DNA of 64,000 nucleotides from Raja brachyura (lineage: Eukaryota): positions 5,456,001 through 5,520,000 of the forward strand of contig OY740783.1 of the NCBI GenBank assembly GCA_963514005.1, given 5' to 3'. A program made the position numbers and the translations under genes. The notes under the pieces were generated by a model that saw only the letters and a list, made by a program, of their open reading frames with translations, was not told where the DNA came from and did not search any database. Below, one piece after another: positions 36,581-50,214 of this stretch; position 1 is the stretch's first letter, and each line of letters begins with the position of its first letter.

Positions 36581-37368
36581 TCCCCTTTATTCTGACATTT
36601 CTGGTCGAGACCCTTCTTCAGACTTCTCCAGAGATACAGTCTGTCACCGTTGAGTTACTCCAGCATTTTGTGTCTCCCTTCGATTAAAACCAGCACCTGC
36701 AGTTCCTTCCTACACATTCGTTGTCAATATCGAATCATATTGGGACTGTCCATTCCAATTTCGAGTTTAGTTACAGAAAAGGCAGTAGGGAGAAATGATA
36801 ATAATGCAAACACAACGTTATATTAAAATGTCATCAAGAGTTCCAAAGGAAATTAATGGATGTTACGGGTGCAGGAGTGGAATTGTAGATCTGTCGAGTG
36901 ATTGGAGAAATTATCGGCATTAGGGATGATTCCTGTGGTGTTGATATTCCATAGAGCAAAGTTGAATGAAGACAAGTTCCAAACAATGAATCAATTAACA
37001 CATTTGTTGGACAGTGTTACAATGATCCAGACTGCACTGGCTGGGCGAATGGTGTCTAATTGAGATATCTGAAGAAGAATCCACTAGTGTTATCTGAGGA
37101 GAGAGATAGAAATAGTCATTAACCGATGCGTGAGGAAAACACAAGGAATGTGGAACATTTAAGGTGCAGACAGGCAAATCAATGTTCCTGCGTTCCAACA
37201 TACTATTCTTCCACGACTTTGAATTGGAATTAATCATTGTATTTTCTGTGCATTTGTGAATTTGTTACGTGTGGCATTCAAATGTATGCAGAGAATGGAA
37301 TTGATCCCAGCCATTGTTGGAAAATATGATACATGTTCTTAGTTAACCTAGCTTTGTATGGAATATTG

Positions 37369-37553
37369 CGTTAAAGAAGGAACTGCAGATGCTGGAGAAT
37401 CGAGGGTACACAAAAGGCTGGAGAAACTCAGCGGGTGCAGCAGCATCTAAGGAGTGAAGGAGATAGGCGACGTTTCGGCCCGAAACGTCGCCTATCTCCT
37501 TCGCTCCTTAGATGCTGCTGCACCCGCTGAGTTTCTCCAGCCTTTTGTGTACC
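37369..37553. mobile_element. Penelope-derived fold-back repeat (near-perfect hairpin 37405-37553)
   Basis: Arms of about 74 nt centred on GACGTTTCGGCCCGAAACGTC; related copies at about 10290-10420, 11165-11290, 59547-59733. Confidence 0.75.
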
Positions 37554-38057
37554 TTTGTTGGGAATATTATTGACTACCATCATCCATATGAACTTCAACT
37601 TTGTTTATTTTTTATACGAGTGAACGTTGACAACTTAAACTAAATTTCTCTGAAGTAGTCAGTTGGGAGATTTGCATTTCTTTCTCACTTTATCAGTTTT
37701 GCACCTCTCGGGAAACATTGACTCCATTTCTGTCCTTCAGTAAACGAACTTAGGTCTGGGGCTGTTGAAATCAGCGTTTATTTAAATCAGCTCATCTCTG
37801 TTTCCAGCCACTTTTAGAGCAACACAAACCAGGCAATGAAGACACCATTCTCAACGGCGATGATATGTTTTAAGGATATTGGCAGTTGGCGCGAATCAAC
37901 TGAACTCTCTGAAGGAGTCCATTTCTTCATTTCTCGTTCAAATAAATTGATGGGATTGAAAATTATGGATTCACTTCAGAATATTATTTTGCTGCCCACT
38001 TGAATCTCCACTTGCAGGGATGTTTGAGCAAATGAGGTCAATAGAGGAATCACAAAG

Positions 38058-41000
38058 CGGATGACACAAAGTTGGGTGGCAGAGTGAACTGTGAAGAGGA
38101 TGTTAGGAGGTTACAGGGCGACCTGGACAGGTCGAGTGAGTGGGCAGATGCGTGGCAGATGCAGTACAATATAGATACATGTGAGGTTATTCACTTTGGT
38201 GGCAAAAACAAGGGGGCAGATTATTATCTCAATGAGGTTAGGTTAGGTAAGGGGGAGGTACAGAGAGACCTGGGTATCCTTGTACACCAGTCACTGAAAG
38301 TTGGCGTGCAGGTACAGCAGGCAGTGAAGAAAGCTAATGGAATGTTGGCCTTCATAACAAGAGGATTTCAGTACAGGAGTAAAGAGGTTATTCTGCAGTT
38401 GTATAGGGCTCTGATAAGACCACATCTGGAGTATTATGTACAGTTTTGGTCTCCTAATTTGAGGAAGGACTTCCTTGTGATTGAGGCAGTGCAACGTAGG
38501 TTCACGAGATTGAAACTTTTTCACCCGGAGAGTTGTAGAATTTGTAGAATTCCCTGCTACAGAGGGCAGTGGAGACCAAATCACTGGATGGATTTAAGAG
38601 AGAGATAGAGCTCTAGGGGCTAGAAGGAGTCAAGGGATATGGGGAGAAGGCAGGCACGGGTTATTGATTGGGGACAATCAGCCATGATCACAATGAATGG
38701 CGGTGCTGGATCGAAGGGCCGAATGGCCTCCTCCTGCACCTATTTTCTACATTTCTAACTTTCTATGTTTGTAGGCATCAAGACACACACACGCAGAAGT
38801 AAGAATTTAATTGTACTTATGAAAATTATACATTCTTGATACTTGAAGCGTCATAGGTGAGAAACATATCCTGTTCCTGCTTTTTCCAATATCCCACGAT
38901 TCCTTTAGTCCTAAGAGCTAAACCTAACTCTCTCTTGAAAAGATCCAGTGAATTGGTCTCCGATGCCTTCAGTGGCAGAAAATTCCACAGATTCACAACT
39001 CTCTGAGTGAATTTTTTTATCCTCATCTCAGTCCTACATGGCCTATCCCTTATTCTTAAACTGTGACCCTGGTTCTGGTCTCCCCCAATGGCGGGAACAT
39101 TTTCCCTGCATCCAGCCTCTCAGTCCTGCCATGCCGGGAATAAACCTGGTGAAATTAATGGATGTTATGATCCACTGCACTACCTCAATAGCAATAATGT
39201 CCTTCCTCAAATTACGAGACCAAAATTGCACACTATATTACAAGTGCGCTATCACCAGGGGCTGTGCAACTGCCAGTAGGACCTCCTTACTCCTAAACTC
39301 AAATCCTCTTGCAATGAAGGACAACATGCCATTAAGTTTTTCTTCTTCCAGCCCCCCCCCCCACCCCCCGCCTTCACATCAGCCTGAAGAAGGGTTTCGA
39401 CCTGAAACGTTGCCCATTTCCTTTGCTCCATAGATGCTGCCTCACCCACTGAGTTTCTCCAGCATTTTTGTCATTAGATTTCTTCACTGCCTGCTGTACC
39501 TGCATGCTTACTTTCAGTGACTGAAGCACACCCAGGTCTCACTCAACCTCCCCTTTTCCAAATCTGACACCATTCGGATAATAAACTGCCTTCCTGTTCT
39601 TGCCACCAATGTGGATAACCTCACATGTATCCACATTATATTGCCACCTTGCAGCCTCATAGCATCCTCATCGCAGATCACACTGCCACCCAGCTTTGTG
39701 TCATCCGTAAACCTATCTTGGAAATGTCACATTTAATTCCCTCATCTAAATCGTTAATATATATTGTAAATAACTGGGGTCCCAGCACCGAGCCTTGCTG
39801 CATCCCATTAGTCACTGCCTGCCATCCCGAAAAGGACCAGTTAATTCCTATTCTTTGCTTCCTGTGTGCCAACCAGTTCTATATCCATGTCAGTACCCTA
39901 CCCCCAATACCATGTGATATAATTTTGCCCACCAATCTCTTGTGTGAGACCATGTCAAAGGCTTTTTGAAAGTCCAGATACACCACATTCACTGGCTCTC
40001 CCTTATCCATTCTACTGGTTACATCCTCAAAAAATTCCAGAAGATTAGTTAAGAATGATATCCCCTTCATAAATCCATGCTGACTTTGACCAATCCTGTC
40101 ACTGCTTTCCAAATGGGCCGCAATAACATAATTAATAGTCGACTCAAGCATCTTACCCACGACCGATGTAAGGCTAACTGGTCTATAATTTCCTGTCATC
40201 TCTATCCCTCCTTTCTTAAAAAGTAGAGGTACATTGGCTACCCTCCAGGACACAGGAACGTATCCAGAGTTGGGAGAACATTAGAAACAGAAACACAGAA
40301 AAAAAAGGAGGAGGCCATTCGGCCCTTCGAGCCATTGTGATTATGTCTGATCGTCCCCTATCAATAACCCGTGCTTGCCTTCTCCCCATATCCCTTGACT
40401 CCACTAGTCCATAGAACTCTATCTAACTCTCTCTTAAATCCATCCAGTGACTTGGCCTCCATTGCCCTCTGTGGCAGGGAATTCCATAAATTCACAACTA
40501 TCTGGGTGAAATAAATTTTTCTCACCTCAGTCTTAAATGACCTCCCCTTTATTCTAAGGCTGTGGCCCCTGGTTCTGGACTCGCCCAACATTGGGAACAT
40601 TTTTCCTGCATCTGGCTTGTCCAGTCCTTTTATAATTTTATGTTTCTATAAGACACTCCCTCATCCTTCTAAACTCCAGTAACTACAAGCCTAGTCTTTT
40701 CAGGGATTTGAGTATAGGAGCAGGGAGGTTCTACTTCAGTTGTATAGGCTCTTGGTTAGACCACACCTGGAGTATTGTGTACAGTTCTGGTCTCCAAATC
40801 TGAGGAAGGACATTATTGCCATAGAGGGAGTGCAGAGAAGGTTCACCAGACTGATTCCTGGGATGTCAGGACTATCTTATGAACAAAGACTGCATAGACT
40901 CGGTTTATACTCTCTAGAATGTAGGAGATTGAGAGGCGATCTTATAGAAACTTACAACATTCTGAAGGGGTTGGATAGGCTAGATGCAGGAAGATTGTTC

Positions 41001-42410
41001 CCGATGTTGGAGAGGTCCAGGACAAGGGGTCACAGCTTAAGGATAAGGGGGAAATCCTTTAGGACCAAGATGAGAAGGACTTTTTTCGCACAGAGAGTGG
41101 TGAGTCTCTGGAACTCTCTGCCACAGAGGGTAGTTGAGGCTAGTTCATTGGCTATATTTAAGAGGGAGTTAGATGTGGCCCATGTGGCTAAGGGGATCAG
41201 ATGGTATAGAGAGAAGGCAGGTACGGGATGCTGAGTTGGATGATCAGCCATGATCATATTGAATGGCGGTGCAGGCTCGAAGGGCCGAATGGCCTACTCC
41301 TGCACCTAATTTCTATGTTTCTATGTTTCTATGTTTCTACCTCTTTCTTGAAAGTATCCAGCGAACCTGCCTCCACCGCCCGCCAGAGAATTCCGACTCT
41401 GTGTGAAAAATTGTTTCCTCGTCTCCATTCTAAATGGCTTACCCCTTATTCTTAAACTGTGGCCCCTGGTTCTGGACTCCCCCAACATCGGAAACACGTT
41501 TCCTGCCTCCAGTGTGTCCAAGTCCTTAATAATCTTATATGTTTCAATAAGATATCCTCTCATCCTTCTAAACTCCAGAGTATACAAGCATATGACAGTC
41601 CCGCCATCCCGGGAATTAACCTTGTAAACCTACGCTGCACTCCCGCAATAGCAAGAATGTCCTTCCCCAAATTAGGGGATCAAAACTGCAAAAAATATTC
41701 CAGGTGTGGTCTCACTGGGGCCCTATACAACTGCAGAAGGACCTCTTTGCTCTTGTACTCAACTCATCTTGTTATGAAGGCCAACATGCCATTCGTTTTC
41801 TTCACTGCCTACTGTACCTGAATGCTGACTTTCATTGACGTGAACAAGGACCCCAGATCCCGTTGTACTTCCCCTTTTCCCAAATTGACACCATTTAGAT
41901 AATAATCTGCCTCCCTGTTTTTGTTACCCAAGTGGATAACCTCACATTTATCCACATTAAACTTCATCGGCCATGCATCTGCCCACTCCCCCAACCTGTC
42001 CAAGTTACCCAAGTCATAGCATCCTCCTCACAGTTCACACTGCCACCCAGCTTTGTGTCATCTGCAAATTTGCTAATGTTACTTTGAATCCCTTCATCCA
42101 AATCATTGATGTATATTGTAAATAGCTGCGGTCCCAGCACCGAACCTTGCGGTACCCCACTAGTCACTGCCTGCCATTCTGAAAGGAACCCGTTAATCCC
42201 TACTCATTGTTTCCTGTCTGCCAACCAATTTTCTATCCATATCAGCACTCTACCCCCAATACCATGTGCCCTAATTTTGCCCACTATTCTCCTATGTGGG
42301 ACCTTATCAAATGCTTTCTGAATGTCCAACTACACTACATCCACTGGCTCTCCCTTGTCCATTTTCCTAGTTACATCCTCAAAAAATTCCAGAAGATTAG
42401 TCGAGCATGA
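38058..42410. mobile_element. Cluster of CR1 fragments (+38058-38770, -38860-40280, -40280-40700, +40703-41336, -41340-42410)
   Basis: Repeated RT C-terminal ORFs and 3' UTRs on both strands. Confidence 0.88.
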
Positions 42411-42424
42411 TTAGTCATACCATT

Positions 42425-45400
42425 AGTCATACCAATATACAAAACTGGGAACAAGCATAATTTCACAAACTACAGACCTGTTTCTTTACTCCCTCAATTC
42501 TCCAAAATACTAGAAAAAATGTTCAACAATAGACTAGACATATTTGTAGAAAAGCATAAACTAATCACTGAAAGTCAATATGGATTCAGATCAAACAGAT
42601 CAACATCACTTGCAATAATAGAATCAATTGAAGATATCACAAACACTGTTGACAATAAACTATATGCAGCTGGGATATTTATTGATATAAAGAAAGCATT
42701 TGATACGATCAATCATGATATCATATTTAAAAAACTGGAAAGGTATGGCATCAGAGGTCTAGTACTGGATTGGATAAAAAGCTATTTAAGTAACAGGCAA
42801 CAGTTTGTGAAGCTGGGCAGCTCATTAAACTTGAGCAAAACCAAAATAATGTTATTTGGTAATTGCAGAACAAATACACAAGCGAATATAAAGATAAATG
42901 GGGTTGAAATTGAACGAGTTCATGAAAATAAATTTCTTGGGGTTATAATGGATGATAGAATCAGCTGGAAATCACACATGTACAATCCAAACTGTCAAAA
43001 AGCATTTCTGTATTACTCAAAGTTAAGCAGGTTCTGGATCACAAATCACTCCGCATTCTCTACTGTTCACTAATCTTACCCTACTTAAATTACCGTGCAG
43101 AAGTCTGGGGCAATAACTATAAAAGTTCGCTACATTCATTAACTATTCTGCAAAAAAGAGCAATACGCATTATTCACAATGTCAGGTATCTGGATCACAC
43201 TAATTCATTATTCTTACAGTCAGAATTATTAAAATCAGCAGATTTGGTTGCATTTGAAACAGCACAGATAATGTTTCGGGCCAAAAATAAAAACTTACCT
43301 GGAAATATACAAAAATTATTCAATGAGCGAGTGGGGGGTTATAATTTAAGAAGAATATTTAATTTTAAGGTACAAAGAGTCCTTGCAACAATATCCACTA
43401 AAAATAGTTACGGACAAATTTAAATATTTAGGTATTAATGTATCTAAATCCTATAACTCATTAATTAAATCTTAACTATCCCCAATTGTTAGATAAACTT
43501 AGAAAAAATATTTTATATTGGAAAACACTTCCTATATCTATGATTGGTAGAATAAATGCTATAAAAATGATTTTTTTACCACAACTGTTATATTTGTTTC
43601 AAGCTATCCCCTTTTATGTCCCGAAATTTTTTTTTTTTTAAATCGATAACATAGTTAATAGTTTTATCTGGGACTATAAAAATCATAGAATAAGTAAAAA
43701 ACATTTATGTAAATCCAAAATAAATGGAGGATTAGCACTTCCAAATTTTTTGTACAATTTTTGGGCAGTTCAGATCAAAAATATGAATTTTTGGTGGGTA
43801 AATTTGGATCATGAACCAATGTGGTTAAAGATGGAAAAGGAAGATTGTTTACCTTTTAATGTAGGTTCAATTCTTTTTGCGCCAAGAGAAGTTAAAAAAA
43901 AAATTTATAGGGACAACCCTATAATTCATAGTAATAGACGTATTTGGAAACAAATAGTTAAGACTTTACATTTAGATAATTTGTCACTTAACCTACCGAT
44001 TATGAATAATCCTTTATTTAAACCCTCTATATTAGATAGGGGGTTTAGACATTGGGAAGATTTAGGAATTAAAAAGATAGAACACCTGTACAGAAAGGGA
44101 AAATTTCTTTCATTTCAGGAGTTACAAGATATTTATGGATTACCATCACATAATTTGTTCAGGTATTTACAAATTAGAGATTATATTAAGTCTAACACAA
44201 AAAATTATAAAAATAAAGAACCAGGATTATTAGATGAATTGTTTAATAAACACCCAAACACAGAAAAATTAATAGCTTATATATATAATATTATTTTGGA
44301 TAGTGATAACCCAACAACAGAAATATATCGTCAAGCATGGGAAAATGAAATTGGTTTATCTATAACGAAAGAAACTTGGGAAGAAAGTTTACAATGTATA
44401 CATCGTTGTTCGTTAAATGCTAGGCATACATTGATACAATTTAAAGTATTATATAGATTACATTATTCAAAAACATAGAAACATAGAAACATAGAAATTA
44501 GGTGCAGGAATAGGCCATTCGGCCCTTCGAGCCTGCACCGCCATTCAATATGATCATGGCTGATCATCCAACTCAGTATCCCGTACCTGCCTTCTCTCCA
44601 TACCCTCTGATCCCCTTAGCCACAAGGGCCACATCTAACTCCCTCTTAAATATATCCAATGAACTGGCCTCAACTACCCTCTGTGGCAGAGAATTCCAGA
44701 GACCCACCACTCTCTGTGTGAAAACCAAATTAAATAGAATTTTTCCTAACGTTTCACCTATTTGTGATAAATGTCAGAATTTAGAGGCCAATTTAACACA
44801 TAGTTTCGTAACGTGTTCAAAACTTAGTTATTATTGGACAGAAATCTTTAGAGTTATATCTGAAGTTCTTAGAGTTAAACTGGATCCAGATCCAAAGTTA
44901 ATAATATTAGGAATTCCAGACTCAAAATTGGTATTAACAGTAAATCAAAGACATTTTTTTGATTACTGTTTGATAATAGGGAAAAAAATAATATTGAAAT
45001 TTTGGAAGGGAACATTAACCCCCATAATTAAAATGTGGACAGCAGAGATGTTGGAGACATTGTATTTGGAAAGAATTAGATTTGTCCTAATGGACAAATG
45101 TGAAATTTTTGAACAAATATGGTCTCCATATATACAATATTTGAAGGGATAGCTGTTCTTGGCATCGCAACTCAATGGGTATTCGACAGGATTTGATGGA
45201 AAAAAAAACAACTTACTTTCAAACTGGGATTTGTATACATGTCTCTATAACAATATATTTTGTTGTTTTGTTTTTAAATATATATATATATGATACCTTT
45301 TACTGTTTTTAAAGGGGAAATATATATATATTGAATAGATATATATTAATTAATGTGTTTTTTCTTTCTCTTTTTTTTCTCTCTCTTTCTCTTTAAATTT

Positions 45401-46327
45401 TTTTTCTCTTTTACATAATCAAAATTATTATTTAATCGCAACTTTTGTTGATTTAAAACCTATTCTTTTTTCTTTTTCTCTTTATTTCTAAAAAAACAGA
45501 AGATAACAATAGTCAATGTGATATTGGTACAATTACTGAATTAAGTTGGTGTTTGTAAATTTGTTTTATCATTGTGAAATGTTTACTTCTAATAAAAATA
45601 ATATTAAAAAAAAACAAACAAAAAAAAAACAAAGAGTCCTCACGTCCAGAAAAACGTTTTGTATTTCAGTCTGTGGAGTGGGATTGTGGAACAGTTTGAA
45701 TGTGGAGTTGAAGCAATGTCCAAACATGAACCAGTTGAAAATGACAGACAATAAACTTTTTTTCACAAGGTACAGGGATGAAGGGGATGGTTGACAAACA
45801 GGAGTTAATGCTTATTTATTTATTTTATTTATTATTTATTTATGTTTTTTGGTTATTTCATACATATTACTTGTATGTGTTTATCAGTTGTATGCATATA
45901 TATGTCTGTATGCATCTCTAAAAATAGTCTGGGGTACGTCTACGGTTAAATTGTATCTCAAATGAATAATTAACTATTGTAGATTATATATTGTATATTA
46001 TGTTACATATTACATTACTATTGATACATTATTATTATAAGCAATGTTATTAATAATGGTGACAATTATTATAATTAATTAATTAATTATTAAATATGGA
46101 AGAAGGGTTTAGGGAGGAGGGGTGAGATTAAATAAGTTATTTTTCTTTTCACTCCTTTTCGAGCTTGTAAAGAAAAAGTGTTGGACATTTAAATTTTGCT
46201 TTATGCTTTTCATTGCTTTGCAAATATTGCCTGGCATGTCCAATTGTTTGACTATTTCGATTTTGTTGGTGTTAATTATTCCTATTTATGTCTTTACTTG
46301 TTTGGAACAAATGAACAAATAAATAAA
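42425..46327 (+). mobile_element. L2/Crack-like LINE (RT ORF 42519-43073), inserted in a CR1 and split by L1
   Basis: NYRPVSLLPQFSKILEK, SQYGFR, IFIDIKKAFDTINH, YGIRG..LDWIKSYLSNRQQFV; (AAAT)n tail at about 46317-46327; host CR1 resumes at about 46330. Confidence 0.75.
43384..45628 (+). mobile_element. L1-clade LINE, 2.2 kb, 5'-truncated, containing a CR1-A tail insertion (44475-44720, minus)
   Basis: FKYLGI, GGLALP, FRYLQIR, CDKC...H zinc knuckle, polyA; 12-bp TSD ACAAAGAGTCCT (43372-43383 / 45629-45640). Confidence 0.9.
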
Positions 46328-46592
46328 CTATTTCCCCTTCGTAAACACATGCTGACTCAGACCAATCCTGTTAGTACTATTCAAATGTGCCGCTATTTCA
46401 TCTTTTATAATTGACTCCAGCATCTTCCCCACCACCGGTGTCAGGCTAACTGGTCTATAATTCCCTGGTCTATATTTCTCTCTCCCGCCTGTGGGGGGGG
46501 GGGGGGGCTCTCTGTTGAGCTAGTGTGGGTGTTGTGGGGAAAGGACTGGTTTCCAGAGGGCTAATGTGGACATGGTGGGCTGAATGGATTCT

Positions 46593-47090
46593 TGGGCTGG
46601 CAGCTCAGTCACTTATGGCTGGTGGGCTGGCAGTTCACTTACTCACGGCTGGTGGGCTGGCAGTTCACTTACTCACGGCTGGTGGGCTGGCAGTGCAGTC
46701 ACTTACGGCTCGTGGGCTAGCAGTTCACTTAGTCACAGCTGGTGGGCTGGCAGTTCACTTACTCATGGCTGGTGGGCTGGCAGTGCAGTCACTCACGGCT
46801 GGTGGGCTGCCAGTGCAGTCTCTCATGGCTGGTGGGCTGGCAGTGCAGCCACTGATGGCTGGTGGACTGGCAGTGCAGTCACTCACGGCTGGTGGACTGG
46901 CAGTGCAGTCACTCATGGCTGGTGGGCTGGCAGTGCAGTCATTTATGGATGATGGGCTGGTAGTTTACTTACTCACGACTCGTGGGCTGGCAGTTCAGTC
47001 ACTGACGGCTGGTGGGCTGGCTGTGCAGTCACTGACAGCTGGTGGACTGGCAGTGCAGTCATTCACGCCTGGTACGCTGGCAGTTCACTC
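46593..47090 (+). repeat. 30-bp minisatellite, about 16-17 copies (GGCTGGTGGGCTGGCAGTGCAGTCACTCAC)
   Basis: Direct tandem periodicity; explains the (AGGLAVQSLT)n ORF. Confidence 0.95.
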
Positions 47091-47309
47091 TGTTACCCCT
47101 GCTCCCTTCAGCCTCCCTCTCTGCTCCTTGCCATTCCCCTCCCCCCCACACATTCAGTCCATCTCCCCACAACCTCCCTCCATGCACTCATAGTGGCTCT
47201 CCCACAAAGCATCCATTCCTGCCCATTAGGTCAACATTCTTGGTCGATGTTCCGTTCTTCAGGAAACCTTTGACATTTCCCTTCATCTTTCCTCAGTTTA
47301 GAGATCCAT

Positions 47310-47450
47310 ATAATTTTCCATGCTGAAATACTGGTTTGTCGAGGTAGATCAACACCTGCATTGTTTGTTCATGTGCTTTATGGACCGTCATAGCAAAACT
47401 TAATTGAATGGGGAATTGGGTCTGCTGAAGGGGAATGTCTTCACCTTCTG
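47310..47450 (-). mobile_element. Helitron PIF1-like helicase C-terminal remnant; probable element extent about 46491-48833
   Basis: Hand translation QQTQFPIQLSFAMTVHKAHEQTMQVLIYLDKPVFQHGKLY resembles helicase motifs V-VI (QFPxxLAFAMTINKSQGQT...PVFSHGQLY). Termini not clearly retained. Confidence 0.7.
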
Positions 47451-48833
47451 TTAAACGTCCTGCTGCCGAGTGAGGGGGACGGCTTCAGGCAGGGGCTCTC
47501 ATGGGCTGATGAGGGATGGGGATGTCCTGCAGCGGGGGATGGGGGTGGCTTCAGGATGGGGAGCATCCTATAGTCAGGCGGAGGGGCAGCGTCTTGAGGT
47601 GGGGGATGTCAGTGGGGGGGGGGGCGGAGAGCGACCTACTCATGGCCTCTAGACTCACGCACTGCCTTGGGACTATCTCATGGTCTCTGAACTGACAGAC
47701 TGAATCACGGCTTGTGGACTGACTGACTTGTGCCCGACCTCTGGAGTCACGTCCAACTTTTGTAAACTGAAAACTGTAACATCCACATTGAGGAACAGCT
47801 TTTTCCTGATAGCCGTCAGGCTATTAAACAATAAACAAGGTCTGAACTACGAAAGACTATATTATTTGTACTATTTGTTATTTNNNNNNNNNNNNNNNNN
47901 NNNNNNNNNNNNNNNNNNNNNNNNNNNNNNNNNNNNNNNNNNNNNNNNNNNNNNNNNNNNNNNNNNNNNNNNNNNNNNNNNNNNNNNNNNNNNNNNNNNN
48001 NNNNNNNNNNNNNNNATACTAAAATGCCAAGTACCTTCAGAACGTAGTAAACATACAGTGTGTAAACCGAATGATTCAAATGTTTAAAGCCTCCTGTAGA
48101 GGCTGCTGCTGCTGAAGCAAAAACATGCTTTAAATATCGTCCAACAGACACACTCACCAGATCACTTGATTTATTCAATGGTGTCTTCACTCTGTGCCTT
48201 CTGCAGTCAGCACGATCTTGCCACGAACCGGAAATTATGCACTCAGCGCCATTTTGCCAATAACCGGAAATTACACCATCGGCACCATCTTGCCACTTAA
48301 CAGAAGTCATGGAATGAGCGCCAATTTTACAATTAAACACAGTCCTGATCCAGTTGCTTTATCCATCTGAAAACTGTTGCAACGATTTTAAATGCCAAGC
48401 CAATTTAGCAAACTCTTTGCAAACAGCCAACACGTTTTCTGAAGAGTTATAGAAAGCCAAACCAATTTGGCAAACACTTCACAACCACATCAGGGGACAC
48501 ACCGTCGAGTAGACGTGCGATCAGTGTTATTCGCAGCACAGAGAGCAGTGACCCTCTAGCTTCCTCAATCTCGCAGAGACTGAGTGAGGCACGATGCTTC
48601 CTGGTTTTATAGTCCCTCCCCCCTGCCGACACCAGGGGCAGCAGAGAGAATGGCAACATTTTTTTAAACATTAATAACTCTCTGATTTCTTATCGATGGG
48701 AAAACTCCTCCAGTCGAATCCGGCGGAGGGGGACTCTGAGCGAGCTGGCCAAAAATGACAGCCGGAAGTTGCAGTGTTCTTTCAGAAATCACGAAACAGA
48801 AAGTCAGAAAGCGGTCAAGATCTTAGTTTTAGT

Positions 48834-49445
48834 CAATCTAAATCCTTGCTCCCTGTACCAGCCCCTCAGCCACACATTCAGATCCCCTATCTCCATGTTC
48901 GTGTCCTCACTAGCATGAAGTACTGGAAGCAATCCAGAATAACCACCCTAGAAGGCCTGCTTTTCAGTCTTCTTCCAAACTCTCTGAACTCATGTTGGAG
49001 AACCTCTTTCCGCTTCTTCACTATGACGTTTGTGTCTACGTGCACAACTACTGCCGGCTGTTCACCTTCTCACTGGAGAATGTTCTGAATTCAGCTCATG
49101 ACATCCTGAACCCTGGCACCAGGGAGGCAACAGACCATCCTCGTGTCTCATCTGCCGCCATAGAATTTCCTGTCTGCTCCTCAGACAATGGAGTCACCCA
49201 CCGCCAGGGCTCTGCCCGACACCGGACAAGTCCCATCTCTAGGATTGGAGCCACCGACGTGTCCGCCGCTGACTGGAAGCATCGTCTCCCCAGACAGTTC
49301 CCAAGAGGCACAGCCACCTGGGTCTCCTGCCCTCCTCAGTTACCACCCTCTCTCTCAGTCATACACCTTTGTTCTTCCTGTCCTCAGCATGACAACCTCA
49401 CTAAAGTCCTGTCCAGGAAACTTTCATTTTCCCAGATGGCCCTGA
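48834..49445 (-). mobile_element. CR1 ORF1 (esterase-like) fragment
   Basis: Degenerate VGDSIV...MVCCLPGARVQDV...VVVHVDTN reading on minus. Confidence 0.7.
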
Positions 49446-49449
49446 CGTA

Positions 49450-49920
49450 ATCCAGCTGCTTCTCCAGTGCCCCAACACGATCGGTGTTGATACTGATCCA
49501 TTGTAAGATATCCAAGCGGATCATGGGATGCTGCGTGTGGTAAAGGTTGACAATGGAAGAGGCTCGGTGTGGGAATGGGAAGCAGAGCTAAACTGGCTGT
49601 GATCCTTTACGGATAGAGCGTAAATGATCATCAAAACGGTCGCCTAATGTACGCTTGGTCTCACCAATGTACACGAACGAACATCACGGGAAACAGATGC
49701 TGCACACGTGATCTCCAGAGGTGAATGTGAATCTCAGTCTGACCTGGGACGACTGTCTGTGTGGCTGGTGGAAGTGAAACAGGAGCTGTCGGGCCAGGCG
49801 TTACATCCCATGCGGATGCAGGGAGAATGCTTGGGAATGGAGCGGTTTCGGTGAGCAGACCAAGCAACTGCGGACAATGTGGTCTCTACGGAAAGCGGAA
49901 GGTGTGGAATGGGAAAGATA
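49450..49920 (-). mobile_element. Penelope-like GIY-YIG endonuclease fragment
   Basis: YIGETKRTLGDRFDDHLRSIR reading on minus around 49600-49672. Confidence 0.72.
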
Positions 49921-50214
49921 GAGTCATAGAGACATAGAGTGATACAGTGTGGACACAGGCCCTTTGGCCCAACTCGCCCACACTGAGCAACAATGTCCCA
50001 GCTACACTTGTACCACTTGCCTGCGCTTGGTCCATAACCCTCCAAACCTGTCCTATCCATGTACCTGTCCAACTGTTTATTTAACGATGGGATAGTCCCA
50101 GCCTCAACTACCTCCTCTAGCAGCTCATTCCATACGCCCACCACCCTCTGTGTGAAAAAGTTACCCCTCGGATTCCTATTAAATCTTTTCCCCTTCACCT
50201 TGAACCTATGAACC

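Noticed and set aside
37670-37677. Isolated octamer ATTTGCAT 3 kb upstream of the leader
   Set aside because: A single hit is within chance expectation and has no supporting motif cluster.
40280-41336. Second tails-out CR1 pair as a fold-back duplication
   Set aside because: The arms belong to visibly different CR1 subfamilies, so independent insertions are more likely.
46525-47193. 222-aa repetitive ORF, CRISPR-like array, Chi sites or class-switch region
   Set aside because: It is a translated 30-bp minisatellite with no unique spacers. GCTGGTGG has no known role here, and the array lies upstream of V, not before a C exon.
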